Shown here one piece after another: positions 51,006 through 60,644 of a DNA stretch of 64,000 nt. Location: the NCBI GenBank assembly GCA_963809035.1, contig CAWEHV010000002.1, forward strand, positions 1,312,113 to 1,376,112, in the 5' to 3' direction. The translations under genes were made by a program, and so were the position numbers. The first letter of the stretch is position 1. The number at the start of each line of letters is the position of its first letter. The notes under the pieces were generated by a model, which made no database searches, was not told where the DNA came from, and saw only the letters and a program-made list of their open reading frames with translations. The stretch comes from an uncultured Thermoplasmata archaeon (GTDB lineage: Archaea; Thermoplasmatota; Thermoplasmata; Lutacidiplasmatales; UBA184).

Positions 51006-51806
51006 TCAGGAAGGGCCGGCGCGCAGCTTGCCATGGAGCACCGTGACCGCCCGTCCGTAGATGTGGACGCGGTCCCCGGCCGGTTCGGCCTCCAGGACCG
51101 CCCCTCGAGCGGAGGCCTGGAAGCTCCGGACGCGCTTCTCGTCCAGCTTATCCGACCAGTAGGGGCCGAGAGCACACTGGATAGAGCCCGTCGCCGGGTC
51201 CTCGGGGACCCCGGAGGCGGGCGCGAAGAAGCGGACGAGAAAATCGAACCCTCGCAGGTCCGGTCGGGACGTCACGATCACGCCCCGTCCCCCGACCGCG
51301 GCGATCTTCTCGAAGTCCGGCTTTAGAGTTCGGAGATGTTGGGGGGAGTCGAGCTCGATAAGGTAATCGAAGCGGTTCTGCCCGACGAACCGGAACTTTC
51401 CTCCGATCGCCTCCTTCAGCAGAGCCGGTGCGTTCACCTCCGTGCAGGGGTCGGCGGGAAAGTCGAGCTCGATGAAGGGCGCCCGTCGCACCGCCGTCAA
51501 CGGTCCGCTCCGGGTGAAGAACCTCGCCTCGCCGCGGAGCGGGACGGCCCCGGTCTCCCACAGGACGTGGGCGGAGGCGAGCGTCGCATGCCCGCAGAGG
51601 TCCACCTCGGTCGTCGGCGAGAACCAGCGAAGCCGGAACCCCCCCGCGGTGGGGGAGAGAAAGGCGGTCTCGGCGTGCTTCATCTCGGCGGCGACCCGTT
51701 GCATCCAGGCCTTCGAGGCCGGCCGCGGGAGCAGGCAGACGCCGGCGGGGTTGCCCGTGAATTCACGCGAAGCGAAGGCGTCCACGACGAAGATCGGGGC
51801 GTCCAT
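51006..51806 (-). CDS. PhzF-family isomerase-like protein
   Basis: 'IFVVDAFASREFTGNPAGVCLL...MQRVAAEMKHAETAFL...FRLRWFSPTTEVDLCGHATLASAHVLWE' matches PhzF/DapF-fold signatures; start at internal Met 51806 (~266 aa). Confidence 0.7.
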   Translation of the reverse strand: MDAPIFVVDAFASREFTGNPAGVCLLPRPASKAWMQRVAAEMKHAETAFLSPTAGGFRLRWFSPTTEVDLCGHATLASAHVLWETGAVPLRGEARFFTRSGPLTAVRRAPFIELDFPADPCTEVNAPALLKEAIGGKFRFVGQNRFDYLIELDSPQHLRTLKPDFEKIAAVGGRGVIVTSRPDLRGFDFLVRFFAPASGVPEDPATGSIQCALGPYWSDKLDEKRVRSFQASARGAVLEAEPAGDRVHIYGRAVTVLHGKLRAGPS

Positions 51807-51909
51807 CGGCGATCGGGAAGAGCCACCTCCCCATAGGCCTGCGGAGGGGTCCGGGAATCCCGCAGCAGCCCCCTTTTTGCGGGTCGGCGCCTTGGCGGGG
51901 CCGTAGACC

Positions 51910-52359
51910 ATGGTGTCCAAGTCGCTCACCATCGACCAGTCATTCTTCTTCGAGAAGTCGCCGCGCACCGTCTTCCGGGCCCTTTCCGAATCGAAGCAGA
52001 TCGTTCGCTGGTTCCTCGCGAAGGCCGAGCTCCCTCATGAGAAGGGGGCGCGCTACCGCTTCGAGTGGCCGGGCGGGTACTTCCACGAGGGAACGGTGCT
52101 CGAGTTCGTGCGCGACCGTCGACTCACGCTCACTTGGCCGAACGGGTCTCGTTCGAAGCGATTCTTCACCCGAGTGACCTTCACGGTCCGCCGGGCGGGA
52201 CGCGGAACGTTCCTCACCGTGCACCACACGGGCTTCCCGCGTACCCCCGTCGGGATCGAGCAGTACGGCGGGACGGAGTCGGGGTGGGCCTACTATCTGG
52301 TCAACCTGCGTTCCGTCCTCGAGCACGGAGTCGACCTACGATCGCCTCGCGACGGATAG
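51910..52359 (+). CDS. SRPBCC-superfamily protein (AHSA1 / polyketide-cyclase-like)
   Basis: 149 aa; 'PRTVFRALSESKQIVRWF' and 'GGYFHEGTVLEFVRDRRLTLTW' are typical of the AHSA1 family. Confidence 0.55.
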   Translation: MVSKSLTIDQSFFFEKSPRTVFRALSESKQIVRWFLAKAELPHEKGARYRFEWPGGYFHEGTVLEFVRDRRLTLTWPNGSRSKRFFTRVTFTVRRAGRGTFLTVHHTGFPRTPVGIEQYGGTESGWAYYLVNLRSVLEHGVDLRSPRDG

Positions 52360-52555
52360 GGACCGAGCACCTCCCCCGCTCGCTAGGCGAGTCTCGGAGG
52401 CCTCCTCCGCTTCCCGATGACCGTTAGGAGGGGCGATCGCGAGCGCATCGAGCCCTCCACGCGAAATTCGGTCGCTGATTTTCCGTGCGTGAAATCCGCC
52501 GGATCTCGTCGGCTGGGCGGCCTGGCCGTCCGCGCAGCGGGCGGGCACCAAGCTC

Positions 52556-53035
52556 TTGAGGACAGCGAACGCTCGTTCGGCGATGGCGCGGATGGTGGAG
52601 TACGAGGAGTCGGAGGTCTTTCCCTTCTCGCGGGAGAAGGTCTGGAGGTTGCTTCGGGCCCACAATGACGAGGCAACGATCGGCCGCATTCACCCGCTGA
52701 TCAAGAGCCAGAAGACGCTCTCGAAGGACGGCGACGACACGACATTACAGCGCTCGATCGACGTCCGAGGAAAGCAGCTCAACTCCCAGTGGAAGATCAC
52801 CTTCCGCCCGCCGGGTTTCTCCCGCTACGAGATCCTGGCGAGCGAGGGGCCCTGGTCGCAGGGGAGCTCGGTGGAGAACCACTACTCGGAGGCTCCGGGT
52901 GGGACGATGATTCAGAGCCGAATGAAGCTCCACATCAGCGTGTTGCCGTTCTTCTTGCCACAGAAAACGATGTCCCGGCGGATCCTGAACGACATCGACA
53001 AGGAAGACCGCGCGTTCCTCGCCAACTCCCCGTAA
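52556..53035 (+). CDS. SRPBCC-like protein (second copy, different subfamily)
   Basis: 'FPFSREKVWRLLRAHNDE...HPLIKSQK' START-like pattern; start may be at an internal Met (~52583). Confidence 0.4.
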   Translation: MRTANARSAMARMVEYEESEVFPFSREKVWRLLRAHNDEATIGRIHPLIKSQKTLSKDGDDTTLQRSIDVRGKQLNSQWKITFRPPGFSRYEILASEGPWSQGSSVENHYSEAPGGTMIQSRMKLHISVLPFFLPQKTMSRRILNDIDKEDRAFLANSP

Positions 53036-53042
53036 GTCGGCG

Positions 53043-53714
53043 TCACCCCCGCCGGTCCCCGCGTACCGAACCCTTGGCCGGTGAGGCCTCCCCGTCCGTC
53101 GGGCCGGTCCTCCAATCGGGGGGGCGGGCCAACAGGTGGCGGGTCACGGGCCAGGATCTCTGCGCGAGCAGGACGTGCCAGGGGTGGGCTTGAACGAGAT
53201 AGGCCCACCGTTCGGGGGTCACCCGAAGGGAGGGTCGACGGCGGACGAACGAACAGCTCACGCGAGGGTAGCTCGCGTAGAGGAGGCCACCCGGACGGAG
53301 GATGCGCCAGGCTTCGTCCATGGCCCCCTCCTTGTCGACCATGCAGCACAGCACGAGCGAGAGGAGGACCCGGTCGACCGACCCGTCGGGGATCTCGGGA
53401 ACGTGGGCCGCGGATCCGACGAGAAAGCGGACCCGAGGGTTAGACCCCGCGCGTCGGCGAGCCTGATCCAGATTTGCCGGGTCCGGGTCGACGGCGTAGA
53501 GCGACCCCTGGGGGCCGACCCGCCGGAGCAGCTCTTCGACGAAGAAGCCCACCCCGGCTCCCAGGTCCGCCACGGTCTGCCCGGGCTGGATCTGGAGGTG
53601 GGTCAGCTCGCGGGTGGACGGAGCCAGGTAGCGACGGAGGGGGTTGTCGAGGGACCACGGACGGCACCGGCGGTCCATCGGTGCCATGGGCAAGCGCGAC
53701 GTCATGGAATTCAC
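53043..53714 (-). CDS. Class I SAM-dependent methyltransferase
   Basis: 'VADLGAGVGFFVEEL' motif I, 'LYAVDPDPANLDQA', 'VDRVLLSLVLCCMVDKE...ILRPGGLL'. Confidence 0.75.
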   Translation of the reverse strand: MNSMTSRLPMAPMDRRCRPWSLDNPLRRYLAPSTRELTHLQIQPGQTVADLGAGVGFFVEELLRRVGPQGSLYAVDPDPANLDQARRRAGSNPRVRFLVGSAAHVPEIPDGSVDRVLLSLVLCCMVDKEGAMDEAWRILRPGGLLYASYPRVSCSFVRRRPSLRVTPERWAYLVQAHPWHVLLAQRSWPVTRHLLARPPDWRTGPTDGEASPAKGSVRGDRRG

Positions 53715-53822
53715 CAGAGGGACCCCAGGGGCGCCCGCGGGGAGGCGTCCGAGAGGTCGTTGGGACGGGGGACCGCCACCAGCCTAAAGAGGCCGCTCCC
53801 TTCCGACCGCTGGGTACGATCG

Positions 53823-54773
53823 GTGCGGGCGCTCGTGACGGGAGGGACCGGGTTCCTGGGCAGCTACATGGCGTCCCACCTGGCCGACGAAGGGGTCGAG
53901 GTCACGGCCAGCCATCTCCCGCGGCTCGCGCCCAGCGGAGCGGAACCGCCGAAGGGGGTCCGGGTCGTCCCGCTGGACGTCACGGACCGCGCCCAGGTCA
54001 TGCGGTTGGTGGCCGAGACGCGACCGGAGGTGGTCTACCATTTCGCGGGGCAGGCCTTTGTCATCCCTTCCTGGGAGGACCCCGCCGGAACCTTTGCCAC
54101 CAACCTGACCGGGACGCTGTACCTGCTCGAGGAGCTTCGGCATCACTTCCCGCAAACACGGTTTGCCTTCGCCGGAAGCGGGACGGAGTACGGGGACCCT
54201 CCGCACATCCCCACGTCCGAGGACTCCCCGCTCCGACCGACGAGCCCGTACGCCTCCAGCAAAGCGGCCGCCGACCTGCTCTGCTACCAGTACTTCCGGA
54301 GCTTCGGGGTCCCCGTATTCCGGTACCGGATCTTCGGGACGACCGGCCCGGGCAAGCGCGGCGACTCCACGAACGATTTTGCCAGCCAGATCGCCCAGCT
54401 CGAACGCCAGCCCGAGCCCCGGGTGCTCCGCGTCGGGAACCTCGACAAGCAGCGGGATATCCAGGACGTCCGGGACGCGGTACGGGCGATGGTGGCGGTC
54501 GTTGAAAAGGGGCAACCCGGCGAGGCCTACAACATCGCGAGCGGGGTCCCCCGGAACGTGCGGCAGAACCTCGAGACGCTCCTCTCCTTCGCCCAGGTCC
54601 CCATCCGCGTCGAGACCGCTCCGGACCGGATGCGGCTCGTGGACGAGCCCATCCACCTGGCGGACGTCTCGAAGCTCCGAGCGCTCGGCTGGGCGCCCCA
54701 GATCCCGTTCGAGCGGACGTTAAAGGATATCTTGGAAAGTTGGCGGAAGACGGACGTCCCTCCGGCGGCGTGA
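53823..54773 (+). CDS. NAD-dependent epimerase/dehydratase (extended SDR; GDP-mannose dehydratase / UDP-sugar epimerase-like), probable GTG start
   Basis: 'RALVTGGTGFLGSYMASHL' Rossmann GxxGxxG; 'SPYASSKAAADLLCYQY' catalytic YxxxK. The ORF-track 5' extension to 53136 is antisense to the methyltransferase and rejected. Confidence 0.75.
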   Translation: MRALVTGGTGFLGSYMASHLADEGVEVTASHLPRLAPSGAEPPKGVRVVPLDVTDRAQVMRLVAETRPEVVYHFAGQAFVIPSWEDPAGTFATNLTGTLYLLEELRHHFPQTRFAFAGSGTEYGDPPHIPTSEDSPLRPTSPYASSKAAADLLCYQYFRSFGVPVFRYRIFGTTGPGKRGDSTNDFASQIAQLERQPEPRVLRVGNLDKQRDIQDVRDAVRAMVAVVEKGQPGEAYNIASGVPRNVRQNLETLLSFAQVPIRVETAPDRMRLVDEPIHLADVSKLRALGWAPQIPFERTLKDILESWRKTDVPPAA

Positions 54774-54807
54774 CCGACCGTCCACGCCAAAGGTCCGTGG
54801 GGATGGA

Positions 54808-57597
54808 CTAGGCGGACCCGCCCTCGGACCCGGGTCCCGACCCCTCGGTGGGGAAGGGGTTCTCCTCGTACAGCTGCGCCCGGGGGGGTTCCCTCGCCCG
54901 GCGCCGCAGGTTGACCACCGCGACCGTCCCGACGACGACCACCACGATGTCCATGGCCAGCAGCAGGTAGTCGACCGGCCCGAACGCGAAGGGGGAAGGG
55001 ACGGTGGAGATAGCCACGAAGCTCAGGTACAAGGCCACGGGCGCCCCGTAGACCCCGAAGGATCCCTCGTCACGGGCCGAGGCGTAGCCGGAGACGCTGG
55101 TGACCCGGAAGAAGTGCGTGCCGTTCGGCTCGAGGAATACCATGGCGGGGCTGTTCGTATCCTGCTGGATGCTGTCCACGGTGGCGAACCAGACCGCTCC
55201 GTAAGGAAGGCCGGACTCGGTCAGCGTGACCCGGTACGTCGTCCGGATGAAGGTGGCCGCGAGCGCGGGGCCGGCCCCGTTGACGACGAACGTCACCCCT
55301 TCCACCGCCCCCTCGAAGGTCTTGTTCGCGCTGTCGACGAAGTACTGGTAGGACCCGTTCGTCAGGTTGAGCTCCACGAGCGTTCCTGTCGAGTTCACCG
55401 GTGCGTTGGCACTGAGATTGAGGTACCAAAGGGTTCCGGTCGGAAGGCCCGACTGTTGGAACGTGACCAGGTACGTCTCCGCGATGAACAGGACGGAGAC
55501 CGTCCCCTGGAGGTAGTTGGTGACGTACGCCCGGCCACTGACGGAATCGAAGGCCAGATCTCCCGGCCCCGCGCCGACCGGGACGGTCGCCACGACCGAC
55601 CCGAGGGAATCGGAGATGACGCTCACGTCGTCCTGGACGAGCGAGCTCGTGACCAGCACCTCCCCGGTCCCCGGGTCATACGCGGCACTTTCCGGGTGAC
55701 CCGGCATCGGGATCGCCCCCACGACCGCGTCGGTACGGTCCGAGATGATGCTGACGTTGTCGTCGAGGGAGTTCGCGACGAAGACCTCGGCTTGTCCGCT
55801 GTCGTACGCGATACTGACGGGGTTCGCACCGACCGAGACGGTCCCCACGACCCGGTTCGTGACGTCCGACACGACCGAGACGTTGCTCGAGAAGTAGTTC
55901 GCGACCATGACCTCGTGGCGTCCGGCGTCGTAGGCGATCCCCTCCGGGTGGTCGCCCACCGAGAACCGGGCGAGGACCGTGTTCGTCAGGTCCGAGATGA
56001 CGCTCACCTGGTTCGAGGCCCCGTCACTGACGAAGACCTCGCCCCGATCGGCGTCGTACGCGAGCCCGTCCGCGCCGCCCCGGACCGGGATAGTCGCGAC
56101 CACGGCGTTCGAGGCATCCGAGATCACGCTCACGACATTGGAGGCAGCGTACCCCACGAAGACCTCCCCGGTCCCGCCGTCGTAGGCGATGGCGTCGGGA
56201 AAGCTCGGGACCGCGACCGTGGCCACGATCGTGTTCGATACGCCCGAGATGACGCTCACCGTGTTCGAGAACGCGCTGATGACGAACGCCTCGGCCGCGC
56301 GGGTGTCGTAGGCCACCGCCACCGGCTCCGCCCCGACCGGGACCGTCGCCACCACCTCCTCGGACACATCGGAGAGGACGCTGACGTTGTTCGAGTCCGA
56401 GTTGGCGACGAAGATCCGGCCGGCGTTCCCGTCGTAGCTCATCCCCGCGGGCCCGCTCCCGACCGGGACCGAGCCCGCGATCCGGTTCGTACCGCCAGCG
56501 ATGAGGCTCACGTTGTTGGATCCGTGGTTGCCGACCACCACGTCCCGGGTGCCGGAATCGAACGTGACGCTCTGCGGTTGGCTGCCGACCGGGACGGTCG
56601 CCACGACCGTATCGGTCGAGTCGGACACGACACTGACGTTGTCCGAGCCGGAGTTGGTCACGAAGATCGTGCCGGTCAGGTCGTCGTACGCCACCGCGAC
56701 CGGATCGGTTCCGACCGGAACGGTCGCGAAGAGAGCCCCGGTCCCCACGGTGAGGACGCTGACGGTATCTGAACGGGAATTGCTGACGAAGAGCTGGTTC
56801 GTCCCGCTGTCGAGGGCGATCCCGGAGGGTCCGTCGCCCACGGGGATCAGACCCACCACGCCATCGGTCGTATCCGAAATGACGGTGACATTGCCCGTCG
56901 CCTGGTTCACGACGAACACCTCCCCCGCCGGACCGTCGACCACGGCCGCCACGGGCGAGCCTCCGACCGGGATGGTCTGGACCACCGTGTCCGAGGCGTC
57001 GGAGATCACGCTGACGCTCCCCGACCCGCTGTTCGTGACGAAGACCTCTCCCCGGCTCGCGTCGTAGGCCCCTCCGGTCGGACTTTCGCCGGTCGCGATC
57101 GTGCGGACCACGGGTTGGCTTCCGGAGGAGAAGACGGCCACGTTCGAGGAGTAATAGTTCGCGACGAAGACCTGGGCCGTCCCCCCATCGTAGACGAGCC
57201 CTTCCGGTGAGGCACCGTTCTCGGCCAGGAAATCGCCGGGAAGGAGGCTGTCGTTGAACAGGACGAGCGTTCCGGAGACGTACGGCCGTTGGGGGCTGAC
57301 CGAAGGGTGGGGCGCGAGCGGGGGCGGAGGTACCGCCGAAACCGCCGAGCCGCCGGAGCTCACTGGCTCAGAGGTCGCCCCGAGCGCGAGGCCCCGATCC
57401 ACCCCCAGAGTCCCTGGGGGTCCTCCGGAGGCCCCTGGGGGAGCCGGGGCATGGGCCAGCAGAACGAGGGCGACGAACCCACTAAGAATCACGACTCCGA
57501 CGGTCCCCAGGGCGACGGTCCCGGAAACCGTGCCCCGAGCCGGCCAGCGTTCCGGCGTCTTCATCTCGGGCGCGTCGGGGGGACGCAGGAGACCCAA
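54808..57597 (-). CDS. Surface protein with >=14 YVTN beta-propeller repeats, 3 'FxxSGLPxGTxW' modules and C-terminal TM + Arg tail
   Basis: N-terminal TM 'VALGTVGVVILSGFVALVLLA'; repeats 'VVxTIxxGxxPxGxAYDxxRGEVFVTN'; C-terminus 'VDYLLLAMDIVVVVVGTVAVVNLRRRARE'. Confidence 0.8.
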   Translation of the reverse strand: MGLLRPPDAPEMKTPERWPARGTVSGTVALGTVGVVILSGFVALVLLAHAPAPPGASGGPPGTLGVDRGLALGATSEPVSSGGSAVSAVPPPPLAPHPSVSPQRPYVSGTLVLFNDSLLPGDFLAENGASPEGLVYDGGTAQVFVANYYSSNVAVFSSGSQPVVRTIATGESPTGGAYDASRGEVFVTNSGSGSVSVISDASDTVVQTIPVGGSPVAAVVDGPAGEVFVVNQATGNVTVISDTTDGVVGLIPVGDGPSGIALDSGTNQLFVSNSRSDTVSVLTVGTGALFATVPVGTDPVAVAYDDLTGTIFVTNSGSDNVSVVSDSTDTVVATVPVGSQPQSVTFDSGTRDVVVGNHGSNNVSLIAGGTNRIAGSVPVGSGPAGMSYDGNAGRIFVANSDSNNVSVLSDVSEEVVATVPVGAEPVAVAYDTRAAEAFVISAFSNTVSVISGVSNTIVATVAVPSFPDAIAYDGGTGEVFVGYAASNVVSVISDASNAVVATIPVRGGADGLAYDADRGEVFVSDGASNQVSVISDLTNTVLARFSVGDHPEGIAYDAGRHEVMVANYFSSNVSVVSDVTNRVVGTVSVGANPVSIAYDSGQAEVFVANSLDDNVSIISDRTDAVVGAIPMPGHPESAAYDPGTGEVLVTSSLVQDDVSVISDSLGSVVATVPVGAGPGDLAFDSVSGRAYVTNYLQGTVSVLFIAETYLVTFQQSGLPTGTLWYLNLSANAPVNSTGTLVELNLTNGSYQYFVDSANKTFEGAVEGVTFVVNGAGPALAATFIRTTYRVTLTESGLPYGAVWFATVDSIQQDTNSPAMVFLEPNGTHFFRVTSVSGYASARDEGSFGVYGAPVALYLSFVAISTVPSPFAFGPVDYLLLAMDIVVVVVGTVAVVNLRRRAREPPRAQLYEENPFPTEGSGPGSEGGSA

Positions 57598-57702
57598 GGG
57601 GCATGGACGTTATCTGACCTTCGAGGGCCAGGAGACCTTCGTCGGCTCACCCCTCCCACCTCCGGGGCGTGCGGCGGGTGGGGTCGATACGGCCGCGCGC
57701 GG

Positions 57703-60459
57703 TCACGGGGCTTTGAACCAATCGGGGTCGGGTTTCCGACGCCTCTGGCGCCAGACGGCCCAGGAGATCAGAACGGCCACGGCGGCGACGATTCCCAGCA
57801 ACTCCGCCACGAGCGTCTCGGTCTGGGACCCCGGGGAGGGGCCCACGGCCCCAGGGGGAGGCTGGAAGCTGACCGGGATCGTCCCCGCCGGTGGTCCGTC
57901 GACCCGGACGGAGCTATTGGACGGCGAGGCGACGTATCCGCGGACCGGATCCACGACGTACCCGTACGACCCATTGGTCATCTGTGCAAACTCGATGGAG
58001 GGGGTCGTGCTGGATAGGAAAACCCCGTTCAGGACCACCGACCAGCTCGTGCCCGGCGGAAGACCGCTCTCGACGAACCCGAGGGTATACGTCGTCGGAA
58101 CGAAGACGACCTCCTCACGGACCGCCCCTCCTTCGACCTGGAGCGTTCCGCCCGCGAGGGTCGGATGGTAGATCGAGTTCGGAGTCCCGATGGAGTAGGA
58201 ATAGGTCCCGTTCGTGAGGTTGATCCACGCCGAGGTCGTCGCGGTGAGGACGGGTAGCTCGCCACTGACATTGAGGGACCACACCTGGCTCGTGGTAAGC
58301 CCGGTCTCGTTGACGGTCAACAGATAGGTCGTCGGGCCGGCCGAGAGCAGGGAGAGGGTGCCCTGAGCGTAATCACTGACCGCGAACTGCTCCACCGCTG
58401 GGTCCCAGGCCACGCCGCGAGGGCTCGCTCCGACCGGGACGGTCGCGATCACGGAATTCGTCGCGTCCGACAGTACGCTCGTGTTCGCCGAGGCGTCGTT
58501 GGCGACCGCGACCTCCCCCAGCCCCGGGTCGTAGGCGACCCCCTGGGGGGCGGACCCGACCCGGACGGTCGCGACCAGGGCGTCGCTCCGGTCGGAGAGG
58601 ACGCTGACGGTGTTGGAATCCTGGTTCGCGACGAACACCTCCCCCCGGGTCGAGTCGTACGCGAGACCATCGGGGTACGTCCCGACGGGGATCGTCGCTA
58701 CCACCCGGTTCACCGTGTCCGAGATCACGCTCACGTTGTCCCAGCCGACTCCGGGCTGCGTCACGAACACTTCTCCCCGCCCGCGGTCGTACGTCACCGC
58801 GTCCGGGGCACCTCCGACCGGGATCGAGCTCACCACGGTGTAGCTCGAGTCAGAGATCACGCTCACGGTGTTGGAGACCTCGTCGGCCACGAAGATCTCC
58901 CGAAGGCCCCCGTCATAGGCGAGCCCTGCGGGGCTCCCCGGAGAGGGCACGCTCGCGACGACCTGATCGCTCTGGTCGGAGATCACGCTGATCGTGTCCG
59001 AGCCCGTATTCGCCACGAAGACCTCCCGGGCCGCGGGGTCGTAGGCCAGCGCGCTCGGATCGAGGCCGACCGGGATGCTCGCCACGACGGTTCGGCTCGT
59101 ATCGGGGACGACCAACACTCGGTCGGTGGTGTAATCGGTGACGAACATCTCGCCCATCGCGGTATCGTACGCCACCGCGTCGGGGTACGAACCCACGGCG
59201 ACGGCGGCGATCTCGTTATACAACAGGTCCGAGAGCACGGTGACGCTGTTGGGAAAATAGCTCACGACGAAGATCTCCCCTCTTCCGGAGTCGTACGCCT
59301 CGGCCACAGGGGTCGTCGCCACCTGGGGGCTCGCGACGACGGTCGTGTTGGCCCCGAGGATCACGCTCAGGTTGCTCGACCCGTAATTGGCCACAAAGAC
59401 CTCCCCCCGCCCCGGGTCGTAGACCGTCGCAAGCGGGTTGGTTCCCACGGTCACGGTGTGCACGATCTGGTCGTTCGCGTCGGAGACCACGCTGACCGTA
59501 TCCGAGGCGTAGTTGGCCACATAGAACTCCGAGTTCTCCGTGTCGAACGCGACGGATACGGGATGTCTACCCGTCGTGACGCTCGCGACGACCGAATTGG
59601 TCACGTCGGAGATCACGCTCACGTTGTCCGAATCGTAGTTGGCTACGAACACCTCCTCGGGGGTCGGGCCATAGGCCAGGGCGTCCGGATCCCGGGCCGT
59701 GGCCACCGTCGCCACGACCGAGTCGGTGACGTCCGAGATAACGGATACATTGTCCGACCCCGAGTTCGCGACGAAGACCTCGGCCAGGCGGGGGTCGTAC
59801 ACGACCGCGCTCGGAGTGAATCCCACTGGAACCGTCGCGACGACCTGATCGTTCGCCCCGTCGATGACGCTCACATTGGCCGAATACAGGTTCGCTACGA
59901 ACACCTGGCCGGTGCCCGTGTCGAAGGCGTCGGCGTCGGGGTAGGTCCCGACCCGCACGGTCGCCACGACCTCGTTGAGAGCATCGGAGATGATGCTGAC
60001 GCTGTCGGTGGCGAAGTCGCAAATGAAAACCTGGCCGGTCGTGGAGTCGTACGCCGCGCCGTCGGGATCCGCCCCATTCCCGGCGAGGAAGTTACCGGGC
60101 AGTACGCTGCTGTTGAACAACACGACGGTCGCGGCCACGTGGGGAGCGTCGGCTCCGGGTCCCGAAGCCCTCCGCGTGCCGGGGGGCGAGGGAGGTGCGC
60201 TCGAGCCGAGGGTCCCATGGAGGGCGGGGACCCTGGGTCCAGGGCTCCCAGCATGGCCTGGAGCAGATTGAGAGACCTGGATCGGACTGGTCGGTGCCCT
60301 CCAGCCGTCAGGGACAACGCTTGGAATGGTTGGCAGACCCGGGGCCGTGATCAGGAAGGCTCCCGCAATAGCGATGGAGAGCGCCACCCGGAGGTGGAGT
60401 CCATGCCGCCCCGGGTGGTTCGGCCGTTCCATCCAACGTCCTCCCTGAGGGCAGGTCAC
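57703..60459 (-). CDS. Surface protein paralog: >=14 YVTN beta-propeller repeats, 3 C-terminal repeat modules, C-terminal TM + basic tail
   Basis: 'LRVALSIAIAGAFLITA' signal/TM; YVTN repeats throughout; 'YLLTVNETGLTTSQVWSLNVSG', 'YTLGFVESGLPPGTSWSVVLNG'; C-terminus 'LLGIVAAVAVLISWAVWRQRRRKPD'. Confidence 0.8.
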   Translation of the reverse strand: MTCPQGGRWMERPNHPGRHGLHLRVALSIAIAGAFLITAPGLPTIPSVVPDGWRAPTSPIQVSQSAPGHAGSPGPRVPALHGTLGSSAPPSPPGTRRASGPGADAPHVAATVVLFNSSVLPGNFLAGNGADPDGAAYDSTTGQVFICDFATDSVSIISDALNEVVATVRVGTYPDADAFDTGTGQVFVANLYSANVSVIDGANDQVVATVPVGFTPSAVVYDPRLAEVFVANSGSDNVSVISDVTDSVVATVATARDPDALAYGPTPEEVFVANYDSDNVSVISDVTNSVVASVTTGRHPVSVAFDTENSEFYVANYASDTVSVVSDANDQIVHTVTVGTNPLATVYDPGRGEVFVANYGSSNLSVILGANTTVVASPQVATTPVAEAYDSGRGEIFVVSYFPNSVTVLSDLLYNEIAAVAVGSYPDAVAYDTAMGEMFVTDYTTDRVLVVPDTSRTVVASIPVGLDPSALAYDPAAREVFVANTGSDTISVISDQSDQVVASVPSPGSPAGLAYDGGLREIFVADEVSNTVSVISDSSYTVVSSIPVGGAPDAVTYDRGRGEVFVTQPGVGWDNVSVISDTVNRVVATIPVGTYPDGLAYDSTRGEVFVANQDSNTVSVLSDRSDALVATVRVGSAPQGVAYDPGLGEVAVANDASANTSVLSDATNSVIATVPVGASPRGVAWDPAVEQFAVSDYAQGTLSLLSAGPTTYLLTVNETGLTTSQVWSLNVSGELPVLTATTSAWINLTNGTYSYSIGTPNSIYHPTLAGGTLQVEGGAVREEVVFVPTTYTLGFVESGLPPGTSWSVVLNGVFLSSTTPSIEFAQMTNGSYGYVVDPVRGYVASPSNSSVRVDGPPAGTIPVSFQPPPGAVGPSPGSQTETLVAELLGIVAAVAVLISWAVWRQRRRKPDPDWFKAP

Positions 60460-60644
60460 GTCAGCGGAACCCGGAACAGCTCTTCTAGGCTTCTGGGCGC
60501 ACCGTCGGCGGGGCGCCCAGCGACCATCGCCAGGTCGACTGGACCACCCCAGGATCGATTGGGGGCCTCAACGTGAGCCGGGCCCTTCGGCGCTGCTTCG
60601 GTCGGTCTCCGGGGCTTCCAGGGCGGGGAGAGACGCATGCATTC

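Noticed and set aside
53136-53820. N-terminal 228 codons of the 545-aa ORF 53136-54773
   Set aside because: This stretch is antisense to a well-supported SAM methyltransferase (53043-53714) and has low-complexity composition. The epimerase Rossmann motif begins at ~53830, so a GTG start at 53823 is preferred.
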